Below are positions 9,869-18,165 of a stretch of 64,000 nt of DNA, in pieces. The notes below the pieces were generated by a model. That model made no database searches. It saw only the letters and a program-made list of their open reading frames with translations, and was not told the DNA's origin. The DNA comes from Chthoniobacterales bacterium (GTDB lineage Bacteria > Verrucomicrobiota > Verrucomicrobiia > Chthoniobacterales > Chthoniobacteraceae). How positions within the stretch are numbered: position 1 is the first letter of the stretch; each line of letters starts with the position of its first letter. Both the position numbers and the translations under genes were made by a program. Location: positions 160,001-224,000 of the forward strand of contig JBBQZX010000003.1 in NCBI GenBank assembly GCA_038207335.1, in the 5' to 3' direction.

Positions 9869-10132
9869 ATGAATGACACGGACCCGAATGGCCTGAAGAC
9901 CCTACTCGACTTCCTCAACCGCATCGGTCCGGAGGTGTCCGGGCACGAAAGCCCCGAGCCGGATGCCGAAGCTGCGAAGCGGCTCGGGCGTTTCACGCGT
10001 GGTGAGGCCGACGAAGCGGAGCGACTGGAAATCTGCCAACTCCTCCACGAGCATCCCACATGGCTGCGCTGGGTGGCTGCGCAAATCAAGAGCGCCCGGC
10101 CCGGCAGATTCGCAAAACCCGCGACGGCCTGA
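9869..10132 (+). CDS. Small hypothetical protein, possibly anti-sigma-like
   Basis: 87 aa; RLGRFTRGEADEAERLEICQLL resembles the anti-sigma-domain helix pattern without the Zn ligands; divergent from the ECF gene. Confidence 0.65.
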   Translation: MNDTDPNGLKTLLDFLNRIGPEVSGHESPEPDAEAAKRLGRFTRGEADEAERLEICQLLHEHPTWLRWVAAQIKSARPGRFAKPATA

Positions 10133-10281
10133 CGCCGCGGCACGTCGAGTTGTAGTTGTAGCCAGGGTCGCCGATCCCGGCCGCTGGCCCGTCTCGGCAA
10201 ACCCTCCCGCCGGGATCATCGATCCTAGCTAAAAGAGCCCCCCCGGATCCGCGTCATCCGCGATCTTCTCCCGAAATCCGG

Positions 10282-12318
10282 CTACTTCGTTGCGAGCCCG
10301 ACGACCTCGGATGGGAAATAGTATTCCACATACCCGAGCATCATCTCATCCGTCGTCTGCGGGCCCCATTTCACCGTCTTGTTCGGGTCGGGATTCGCGG
10401 GGTTTTTGGCACTGTTGTCGAACCACCCGATCGCCCGCACCGTGCTCCCCGCGGGGATTGTCGGCGGCTCGGCATAACGGTACGCGAGCTGCCAGTTGAA
10501 GTCGTATCGTGGCACCTCCAGCAGCGTGCGCGCAGTTCCATCGGGCAGGATCGCCTCGTATCGGAACGCCTTCCCGCGCACGTGCATGTGCGGCATGAAG
10601 CCGAGCAGCTTTACCTCTTTCGGCACCGGGATCGTTGCGCTCTCGGCGTGATTTTCATCGCCCGGCGGGATGCTGAGCCGGTGTGCGCCGATGCCGATCG
10701 TCCGCACAATGTGCTCCGGTTTTTCCTTTGCGAAAAGCAGCCCGATCCGAATCTGGTCATGCGTCGCCGTGCCGTTCGGCGTGTAGTGGATTTGAAAGTG
10801 CAGCTTCGAGCCCGCAGGCAGCGGCTTCGCGAAGCCGTCGGGGTAAATGATGGAGTTGTTCCCCGGCACATACGCCGCGAAAAATCCGCTGAGCTGATCG
10901 AGCTTGTCCGCCACGCTCGCGTTCGGGCTTTTTGCGAAAATGAGGACGTGATGCACGACCTCGCGCGCCGTCGGCTGCACCTCGAAACCGCGCACCCACT
11001 TGTCCTCCGTCAACCCCGCATCGGCCTCCACATTTTGATAAGGCATCGTGCCCGTCGCCTTCACTTCGATCGGATTCGGGATTTGCACGATCGCGTCCGG
11101 CGTGCCGATTTGCCATTCGGTCGGCCACTGGCGCGGGAGCGGCGCGTCTTTCGGATCGCCGAGCGGCTTGCCCGCGTCGAGCCAAGCGAGGAGGTCGGCC
11201 TTATCACGCTCGGCGAGGGAACGGTCGTTGCTCCACGGCGAGTGCTGGCCGGCCGCGGGCGCTTTCGCAAACCACGGCGGCATGAGATCGCGGCTCACCA
11301 TTTTGCGGATCATCGCGGCTTTGGCATCCACCTGCTCCGCCGTTTCGAGAGGGAACGGCGCGACGCCGCCCGAGCGGTGGCATTGCTGGCAGTTCGCCTG
11401 CACGATGCGTGAGATGCGGTTGTGAAAAGTGGGCGCGTTCGTGGTTGCTGGCGCGGCTTTCAAATCGAGCAGACAGCCCGGCGCTTCGGTCGCGCGGATC
11501 GATGGCACGCGTCCGCTTTTCAGCGCCTCGATCGCGTCCGCGAGATAGGTGTGGCGCGGCGAGTCGAGCGCGTATCCGAGACCGTATTGGTCGTCGATCG
11601 CGCCGCGATAAATCAGCGTCCGCGCGCCATCGAGCAGGAATGAATCAGTCGTAGACATCGCACCGAGCGCGGCGGCTAGGGTGCCTTTCGGATCGAGCGC
11701 GCACGGTCCTGCGAGGCCCGCGGATTTCATCGCCGCGCGCAACTCCGCGGGCGTGTCGGTGGCGACTGGCGCGACGAGGAGCAGTTTTGCGTTTTGAGAA
11801 GCGAGCTTTTGCGAAATGGCCGCCAGCGTCGGCGCGTATTTTTTGCTCACCGGGCAGCTCGAGCTGAAGAGCGCGACGACCAGCGGCTTGCCCGCGCCGA
11901 GCTCGCCGAGCGTGTGTTTTTTTCCATCCAGATCGGTGAACGCCGCATCAGCGATCAGGCTGCCGACCATGTATTCACCGGCCTTCAGGAGCGATGCCTC
12001 CTCCCGCGGAGAGTCCGTCGGCAGAAACAGCGGTGGGGCAACTTCGCTCGGCGCGTCCTTCGGTTTCGCGGGATTTGCGAGCCGCCCGATGATCCGCATC
12101 GCCTCGTCGAGCGTGATGTCGCCATCGTTGTTTTCGTCGAGATTTTTCAGCCACGGCAGCGCGGCGTATTCGGCGGGTGAAAGCTTCCCGTCGCCATTCA
12201 CATCGAGCTCCTTGAATTTCCCCGCGATTCCCGCGAGCGCCTTTCCCTGCGCGGATGCCGAGTGGATCGAGGCGGAAAAGGCGAGCGCGGCGGCGAAGAA
12301 GGCGAGAGGAATTTTCAT
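10282..12318 (-). CDS. Secreted EF-hand + redoxin + cytochrome c (CxxCH) + copper type II monooxygenase-like fusion
   Basis: Signal peptide; DVNGDGKLS and DENNDGDIT EF-hands; SSCPVS...YRGAIDDQY redoxin; CQQCH; VVHHV, QIHY, PHMH, DEMM. Confidence 0.85.
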   Translation of the reverse strand: MKIPLAFFAAALAFSASIHSASAQGKALAGIAGKFKELDVNGDGKLSPAEYAALPWLKNLDENNDGDITLDEAMRIIGRLANPAKPKDAPSEVAPPLFLPTDSPREEASLLKAGEYMVGSLIADAAFTDLDGKKHTLGELGAGKPLVVALFSSSCPVSKKYAPTLAAISQKLASQNAKLLLVAPVATDTPAELRAAMKSAGLAGPCALDPKGTLAAALGAMSTTDSFLLDGARTLIYRGAIDDQYGLGYALDSPRHTYLADAIEALKSGRVPSIRATEAPGCLLDLKAAPATTNAPTFHNRISRIVQANCQQCHRSGGVAPFPLETAEQVDAKAAMIRKMVSRDLMPPWFAKAPAAGQHSPWSNDRSLAERDKADLLAWLDAGKPLGDPKDAPLPRQWPTEWQIGTPDAIVQIPNPIEVKATGTMPYQNVEADAGLTEDKWVRGFEVQPTAREVVHHVLIFAKSPNASVADKLDQLSGFFAAYVPGNNSIIYPDGFAKPLPAGSKLHFQIHYTPNGTATHDQIRIGLLFAKEKPEHIVRTIGIGAHRLSIPPGDENHAESATIPVPKEVKLLGFMPHMHVRGKAFRYEAILPDGTARTLLEVPRYDFNWQLAYRYAEPPTIPAGSTVRAIGWFDNSAKNPANPDPNKTVKWGPQTTDEMMLGYVEYYFPSEVVGLATK

Positions 12319-12328
12319 GTGCGGGGAA

Positions 12329-12356
12329 GAGACGTTGAGAAGGAGAGTCCGGTTAC
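12329..12356 (-). promoter_or_regulatory. Candidate ECF-type promoter
   Basis: GTAACC-N16-CGTCTC ending 10 nt upstream of ATG 12318. Confidence 0.4.
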
Positions 12357-12547
12357 GCGGCTCGCTTTCATACACGCAACCTCACGGGCCGCAACCGGCT
12401 GCGATTTTTTCAGTACGAGAACAGAAAAGCAGGAAACGGGATGACCTCATCCGGCGCTGCTTCCGCGCTTTCTGTTTTCCTGCTTTCCTGCTTCATCCCA
12501 ACCGCGTGCGTTCTAATAAGGTCGCGCCCCAACCTGATTCGACTCTC

Positions 12548-13663
12548 ATGCCCACCGCCTCCCTCGCCTCCCAAGTCGCCACTCAACTCACCGGCGCGCG
12601 CAGCCGCCTCGAAAACTCGAAGGTCCTCGTCGGGCTCGACGGCTTCGTCGATACGATCCTGCACGTCGTCGCGCAGCGCGATTCCGCCACGAAATATCTG
12701 CGTATGGAAAAGATGGGCGACTTCGGCAGGAAGATCGGAGCGGCGGCGGGGCATAGCGCGAATTTCGAATTCGTCGCGCAGATGGTGAAGCTCGGCGGCA
12801 ACGGCCCGATCATGGCCCACGCGCTCGGCAGCTACGGCACGCCCATGACCTACATCGGCAATCTCGGCGCGCCGAATGTGCATCCGATTTTCGCCGATTT
12901 CGCGAGCCGCGCGACCGTGCATTCCATCGCCGAGCCGGGCTACACGGATGCGATCGAATTCGACGACGGCAAGCTGATGTTCGGCAAGCACGGGAGCCTC
13001 GGCGAAGTGAATTGGGCGAACCTCATCAAGCACGTCCCGGAGCCCGATCTCATCCGCATCATCGAGGAGTCGTCCCTAATTGCGCTGGTGAATTGGACCA
13101 TGCTCACGCACATGACCGCGATCTGGCAGAAGCTGCTCACGCGCGTCGCGCCGCAGCTCACGGGAGAGCGGCGCTGGCTTTTCATCGACCTCGCCGACCC
13201 GGCGAAACGCACGCGCGAAGACATCGCCGCCGCGCTGAAACAGGTGACGAAATTCGAGAAATATTTCCGCGTCATCCTCGGCCTGAATTTCGCCGAGAGC
13301 CGGCAGGTCGGCGAGGTGCTCGGCTTCGCCGCGCCCGATGAAACGTATGGCACCGTCACCCATCACGCGTCGCAGATTCGGGAGGTTTTGAAGATCGACA
13401 CCGTCGTGATCCACCCGACGCATTTCGCCGCCGCGAGCGATGCCGCGGGCTCGCAGCATGTCGTTGGGCCCTTCACCTCGAAGCCGAAAATCACGACCGG
13501 CGCCGGCGATCATTTCAACGCCGGCTTTTGCATCGGACGCCTCCTCGGGCTCGACATTGCCGCGAGCCTGCAAATCGGCGTCGCGACCTCCGGCTACTAC
13601 GTGCGAAATGCCAAAAGCCCCCGCCTCGACGACGTGCGGAAATTCCTAAAAGCGCTGGAATAA
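12548..13663 (+). CDS. PfkB/ribokinase-family carbohydrate kinase
   Basis: KLGGNGPIMA N-terminal motif and TTGAGDHFNAGF signature; ATG 12548. Confidence 0.85.
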   Translation: MPTASLASQVATQLTGARSRLENSKVLVGLDGFVDTILHVVAQRDSATKYLRMEKMGDFGRKIGAAAGHSANFEFVAQMVKLGGNGPIMAHALGSYGTPMTYIGNLGAPNVHPIFADFASRATVHSIAEPGYTDAIEFDDGKLMFGKHGSLGEVNWANLIKHVPEPDLIRIIEESSLIALVNWTMLTHMTAIWQKLLTRVAPQLTGERRWLFIDLADPAKRTREDIAAALKQVTKFEKYFRVILGLNFAESRQVGEVLGFAAPDETYGTVTHHASQIREVLKIDTVVIHPTHFAAASDAAGSQHVVGPFTSKPKITTGAGDHFNAGFCIGRLLGLDIAASLQIGVATSGYYVRNAKSPRLDDVRKFLKALE

Positions 13664-13680
13664 AAAGCGCCCGCCCCCCC

Positions 13681-14313
13681 TCACTCGCTCGACACCAACC
13701 CGGCGCGGATCGCATACCGCGTGAGGCTCGCGATGTCGTGGCAGTCGAGCTTTTGCATGATGCGCGAGCGGTGATTGTCCACGGTCTTCAGCGCGATCTT
13801 CAACTGCGCCGCGATCTCCTTGCTGCGCGCGCCCTCGGCGATCATCTGGAGAATCTCACTTTCGCGCAGCGTGATCGCGCGCGCCGGCTCTTGGCGCGTC
13901 CCGCCTCCCATGTGACCCGCGCTGAACGGCGTGAAATATCGCCGCCCCGCCGCCACCGCGCGGATCGCCTCGATCAACGTCGCGAGGTCGCACATTTTCT
14001 CCACGTATCCATGCGGGCACAGCGCCAGCGTCTGCGCGATTTTCTCGCGATCCGACGTGCCGGAGAAAATCACGATGCGCTGCTGCGGATGATGCTTCCG
14101 CAGTTCCCTCAGGGTCTCGATCCCGTGCAGATGCGGCAGCCCGAGATCGAGGATCACGAGGTCCGGCTGCGCACCCGCGCAGAGCCGCAGCGCCTCGATC
14201 CCATCGCCCGCCTCACCCGCGATTTTGAGGCCCTGCTCCGCGCCAAGCCTCGCCGCCAGCAATTGCCGGCAGGCCACATGATCTTCCACCAGCACGATTC
14301 GTTGGGTCATCAT
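13681..14313 (-). CDS. NarL/FixJ-family response regulator (REC + LuxR HTH)
   Basis: LVEDH, PDLVILDLGLP, GYVEK; TLRESEILQMIAEG...KTVDNHRSRIMQKL. Confidence 0.93.
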   Translation of the reverse strand: MMTQRIVLVEDHVACRQLLAARLGAEQGLKIAGEAGDGIEALRLCAGAQPDLVILDLGLPHLHGIETLRELRKHHPQQRIVIFSGTSDREKIAQTLALCPHGYVEKMCDLATLIEAIRAVAAGRRYFTPFSAGHMGGGTRQEPARAITLRESEILQMIAEGARSKEIAAQLKIALKTVDNHRSRIMQKLDCHDIASLTRYAIRAGLVSSE

Positions 14314-14457
14314 CGCTCATCCTTTCGGTTCCGTCTTTTGGGTGAAAAGCGCAGCCCGTCGCGCCACCGCCGCGAGCACCGCCATCGGTGCGATCTTGTG
14401 TCAAAATCGCGCCTCCCCGGCAACCGCAAATCTCACCGAGAACGTGGGCTCGTTGTG

Positions 14458-14673
14458 AACCACAAAGGCACGAAGGGAGGCAACCGGAAGCGCCTTGCGT
14501 TTTGTGGCGGGAACCAACGGCCTCACCCCAAAACGAATTCCCGGAAGCGGGTTTCAGCGTTGAGGCAATTGGCAGAAACGCAGGTGCGGCGTTGATACGA
14601 ATCGCGCGTGCGGGTCGATGCGCATGGAGGACGGATGGGCGCGGCATCTTCGTGCCTTTACGCCTTGGTGGTT
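14458..14673. repeat. Intergenic inverted-repeat (REP-like) element
   Basis: AACCACAAAGGCACGAAG (14458-14475) and CTTCGTGCCTTT...GGTGGTT (14648-14673). Confidence 0.5.
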
Positions 14674-14704
14674 AGAAATACGCGATGTCTCGCGTGCAGG
14701 CCGG

Positions 14705-16015
14705 TCAGCGCGGGGTTTCGTTGAAGTAGATTTTGACGTTCTTCGTCGCGCGGCCGGAGGCGACGACGTCGAGCTTGCCGTCGCCGTTGAGGTCCGCGAG
14801 CTGAAGGTCTTCGCAAGCCATGTCCGTCGGATCGATCACCGTCTCGCGCCACCTCTCGCCCTGCGGATCGAGTGGCGTCCAGACTGCAACGCCGGTCGTG
14901 CTGTCGGCTTTGCCCGGCGACCCGCGCCAGCCGACGACGATCTCGTTGCCGCCGAGGCCGAGCAGATTGCCGCAGGCGAGGGCGTGGCCATCGCTGAGTT
15001 TTTCGGTGAGGATTTGCCGCCGCGCGGAGTCGGTGTGGTGCCAGTAGATTACGAGCGAATTTCCGTGCATCGGCTCGACGGCGGCGAAGAAATCGTTACC
15101 CACCCCTCGTAGTTGTCCCCAACGCAACTCGCCCGCGCCTCGGTATTCCGCTCGGTCGGCGGCGTCGGGAAAGGGCTGGAAGTAAGAGGGCTTCCACTGC
15201 CCATCTAGGTGATCACGCCCGGCGACGCCCTCCTTCCCCGCCAGAAGCACCGAGAACGCGACGTCATCCTTGCCGGGGATGACCTCGAAATTGTGCGTCA
15301 TGTGCATCGAGTCATCGACTAGCTCGGACTTCCACTCGCCCTTCGGATCGTTGAGCGGCGTAGGCGGGTGGTAGAGGAGGACGCGGACGCCGACGCCTTC
15401 GCCGTTTTTGTTGCCGCGACCGTGGAGCGGGACAACGACGAGGCCCCACGGGATTTTCACAGTCGCGAACTCCGCGGACGGACTGGCGGCGGCGTCCGTA
15501 GTCTGCGCGGCGTTCTCCGGTCCAAGTTTGATCCACTTCATCCGGTGCGTCGTCGGCTCGACGGCGGGGAATTTCACGGGCGTCCAGCGCTGAGTGCGGT
15601 CGGCGGGCGGGATCATGTAAAAGACCGCGCCGCTTTTTTCCGTGTCGCCGGGATTCCATTCGGCTCCGACTGCGAGTTCGCATTTTCCGTCGCCGTCGAT
15701 GTCCTGCGCGGCGAGACAGACGTTGTCGTGCTCGGTGAGATTCTCCGCGATGACGAATTTGTCCCACGGCTGCGGAGCGGGCTCAGTGGTGCCGGGCTTC
15801 GGCGGGCCGGGGTTGCGATACCAGACGATCTGTTTTTTATCCGCGAGGAGGATATCTAAGAGCTTGTCGCCATCGACATCCGCGACGGCGAGGCCGTAGC
15901 CGATTTGGATTTCGTCATCAATGGTGACAGCGCAAAATTTTGGCTCCGGCGGCTCCGCGGCGAGAAGCAAGGCAGGCGCGAGAAGCGTCACGAATGGGAG
16001 GATGCGGGGGTTCAT
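14705..16015 (-). CDS. Secreted FG-GAP/VCBS repeat protein
   Basis: Signal peptide; ADVDGDKLLDI, DIDGDGKCEL and ADLNGDGKLDVV repeats. Confidence 0.85.
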   Translation of the reverse strand: MNPRILPFVTLLAPALLLAAEPPEPKFCAVTIDDEIQIGYGLAVADVDGDKLLDILLADKKQIVWYRNPGPPKPGTTEPAPQPWDKFVIAENLTEHDNVCLAAQDIDGDGKCELAVGAEWNPGDTEKSGAVFYMIPPADRTQRWTPVKFPAVEPTTHRMKWIKLGPENAAQTTDAAASPSAEFATVKIPWGLVVVPLHGRGNKNGEGVGVRVLLYHPPTPLNDPKGEWKSELVDDSMHMTHNFEVIPGKDDVAFSVLLAGKEGVAGRDHLDGQWKPSYFQPFPDAADRAEYRGAGELRWGQLRGVGNDFFAAVEPMHGNSLVIYWHHTDSARRQILTEKLSDGHALACGNLLGLGGNEIVVGWRGSPGKADSTTGVAVWTPLDPQGERWRETVIDPTDMACEDLQLADLNGDGKLDVVASGRATKNVKIYFNETPR

Positions 16016-16167
16016 TTTTGGTGGGGAAATTGTCGGCCTTTGCCGGAAAGGGCGGAAGAGAATTTAACCGCGCAGAGCGCCGCCGCGGTGATAAAATCCG
16101 ATTTTCCCCGCGCACTACGAGCCGCCGCTTTACTTCCCAAATCCGAAATTCTACTTCCTAAATCCCC

Positions 16168-16911
16168 ATGAGATTCGCCAATCAAGTCGCCATCGTCACC
16201 GGAGCGGGGCGCGGCCTCGGAAACGCCATCGCGCTGCGGCTCGCCAGCGAGGGCGCGCGCGTCGCGGTCGTCAGCCGCACGGAACAGAACGCGGTGCGGA
16301 CGGAGGAGGAGATCAACTCGAAATACGCCGGGCTCGCGAAGGCCTACGCGGTCGATGTCGCGGATCACGCGGCGGTGAAAAAACTCGTGGAGCAAATCCA
16401 CGTCGACTTTTCGCGCATCGACATCCTCGTGAACAACGCGGGGCTAACGCGCGACGGCCTCTCGATGCGGATGAGCGAGGCCGATTGGGACATCGTTCTC
16501 GATACGAATCTGAAGGGCGCGTTCAATTTCATCCAGGCCTGTGAGCGGCCGATGATCCGGCAGCGCAGCGGGCGCATCATCAATATCGCGAGCGTCGCGG
16601 GGCTCATTGGGAATGCGGGGCAGGCGAATTACGCGGCGTCGAAAGCCGGGCTGCTCGGGCTCACGAAATCGATCGCGCGTGAGCTCGCGAGCCGCGGGAT
16701 CACGAGTAACGCGGTCGCGCCCGGCTTCATCAAAACCGACATGACCGACGTGCTGCCCGAGGAGTTGCGGACAGGTGTTGCGAAGCAGATTCCGCTCGGC
16801 AGCTTCGGCGAGCCGGACGACATCGCGGCGGCGGTCGCATTCCTCGCGAGCGGCGAGGCGAAATACATCACCGGTCAGTGCCTGACGGTCGATGGCGGGA
16901 TGGTGATGTAG
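16168..16911 (+). CDS. fabG: 3-oxoacyl-ACP reductase
   Basis: TGAGRGLG, ILVNNAGLTRD, GNAGQANYAASKAG, YITGQCLTVDGGM. Confidence 0.93.
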   Translation: MRFANQVAIVTGAGRGLGNAIALRLASEGARVAVVSRTEQNAVRTEEEINSKYAGLAKAYAVDVADHAAVKKLVEQIHVDFSRIDILVNNAGLTRDGLSMRMSEADWDIVLDTNLKGAFNFIQACERPMIRQRSGRIINIASVAGLIGNAGQANYAASKAGLLGLTKSIARELASRGITSNAVAPGFIKTDMTDVLPEELRTGVAKQIPLGSFGEPDDIAAAVAFLASGEAKYITGQCLTVDGGMVM

Positions 16912-16964
16912 AATTTAGGATTTGCGACCTCGCGTCCGAGTCCTCAGCACCGAATCCTCATTTC

Positions 16965-17435
16965 ATGAAACTCTACTTCCTCCGGCACGCGAATGCGGAC
17001 ACCAAAGCGGCGACCGATGACGAGCGTCCGCTGTCCGAAAAAGGGATTGCGCAGGCGAAGCGGGCGGGGCGTTTTTGCCGGGAAAAGGGAATTCTGCCGG
17101 AGATCATTTTGAGCAGTCCGCTGGTGCGGGCACGGGAGACGGCGGAGAATTACGTGAGCGAGAATCCGGGCGGCCTGCTGGAGTTTGTGGAATTCCTAGC
17201 GAGCGGGATGCGGCCCGAGGACGGACTCGATGCGCTGAAGGATTACGCGAAATTCGAGAGCGTCATGATTGTCGGGCACGAGCCGGATTTCTCCGTGCTC
17301 GCGGCGCATCTCCTCGGGCTGCCCGACAATGCGAACATCACGATTCGCAAAGGCTCGCTGACGCTGCTCGACGTTCCGTTGCTGCGTGCGGGGAAGGCGG
17401 CGCTCGAGTATTCGCTGCCGTGCCGGCTGATGTGA
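16965..17435 (+). CDS. sixA: Phosphohistidine phosphatase SixA
   Basis: MKLYFLRHA, RPLSEKG, SSPLVRARETA, IVGHEP. Confidence 0.88.
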   Translation: MKLYFLRHANADTKAATDDERPLSEKGIAQAKRAGRFCREKGILPEIILSSPLVRARETAENYVSENPGGLLEFVEFLASGMRPEDGLDALKDYAKFESVMIVGHEPDFSVLAAHLLGLPDNANITIRKGSLTLLDVPLLRAGKAALEYSLPCRLM

Positions 17436-17449
17436 GCGAAGACAATAAT

Positions 17450-18145
17450 ATGGAAGCCAATCAAGTTCATCGAGTCGCCGATTTCGTCCCGCGAGCGGCG
17501 GCATTCATTTTGGAAAAAGCGCGTATCTCGATTTCCGAACGGGGGCTTTTTCGGCTCGCGCTCGCGGGCGGCGAGACGCCTGCCGCGATTTATTCCGAGC
17601 TGGCGCGCCTCGGACATGAGCTGTCTTGGGGGCACGTGCAGATTACATTTGGAGACGAACGGTGTGTGCCGCCCGACGATGCGCAGAGCAATTTTCTGAT
17701 GGCGAAAAACTCGCTCTTCGACCGCGTGGCGATCCCCGAAGGCAACGTTTTCCGTATCCGCGGCGAAGCGGAACCGAACACCGCCGCACTCGAATATGAG
17801 CACATGCTCGCCGCAGTCGCGGCGAGGCTCGGCGAGTCGCGATACGTCCACGATCTCGTGCTGCTCGGGCTCGGGCCGGACGGGCACACGGCGTCGCTTT
17901 TCCCCGGCTCGCCCGCGCTCGATGAGACTGAGCGAAACGTGATCCCGGCGATCGGCCCGAAACCGCCGCCGCAGCGCATCACGATGACATTCCCGCTGCT
18001 AAACGCCGCGCGGCACGTCTGCTTCCTCACGAAGGAATCCGGCAAAAAACCGGTGATCGACGACATCCTCGCAGGCCGTGGCGACCATCCCGCTGCGCGC
18101 GTCCGCCCGACTGCGGGCCAAGTGTCCTGGCTAATCGGCGTTTGA
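17450..18145 (+). CDS. pgl: 6-phosphogluconolactonase
   Basis: LALAGGETP, FGDERCVP, SNF, LLGLGPDGHTASLFP, RITMT. Confidence 0.93.
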   Translation: MEANQVHRVADFVPRAAAFILEKARISISERGLFRLALAGGETPAAIYSELARLGHELSWGHVQITFGDERCVPPDDAQSNFLMAKNSLFDRVAIPEGNVFRIRGEAEPNTAALEYEHMLAAVAARLGESRYVHDLVLLGLGPDGHTASLFPGSPALDETERNVIPAIGPKPPPQRITMTFPLLNAARHVCFLTKESGKKPVIDDILAGRGDHPAARVRPTAGQVSWLIGV

Positions 18146-18165
18146 TCGCCGCGGCGCCCGCGACC

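Noticed and set aside
11816..12547. N-terminal 244 aa of the 615-aa ORF
   Set aside because: Overlaps the antisense redoxin gene; the PfkB domain starts at ATG 12548
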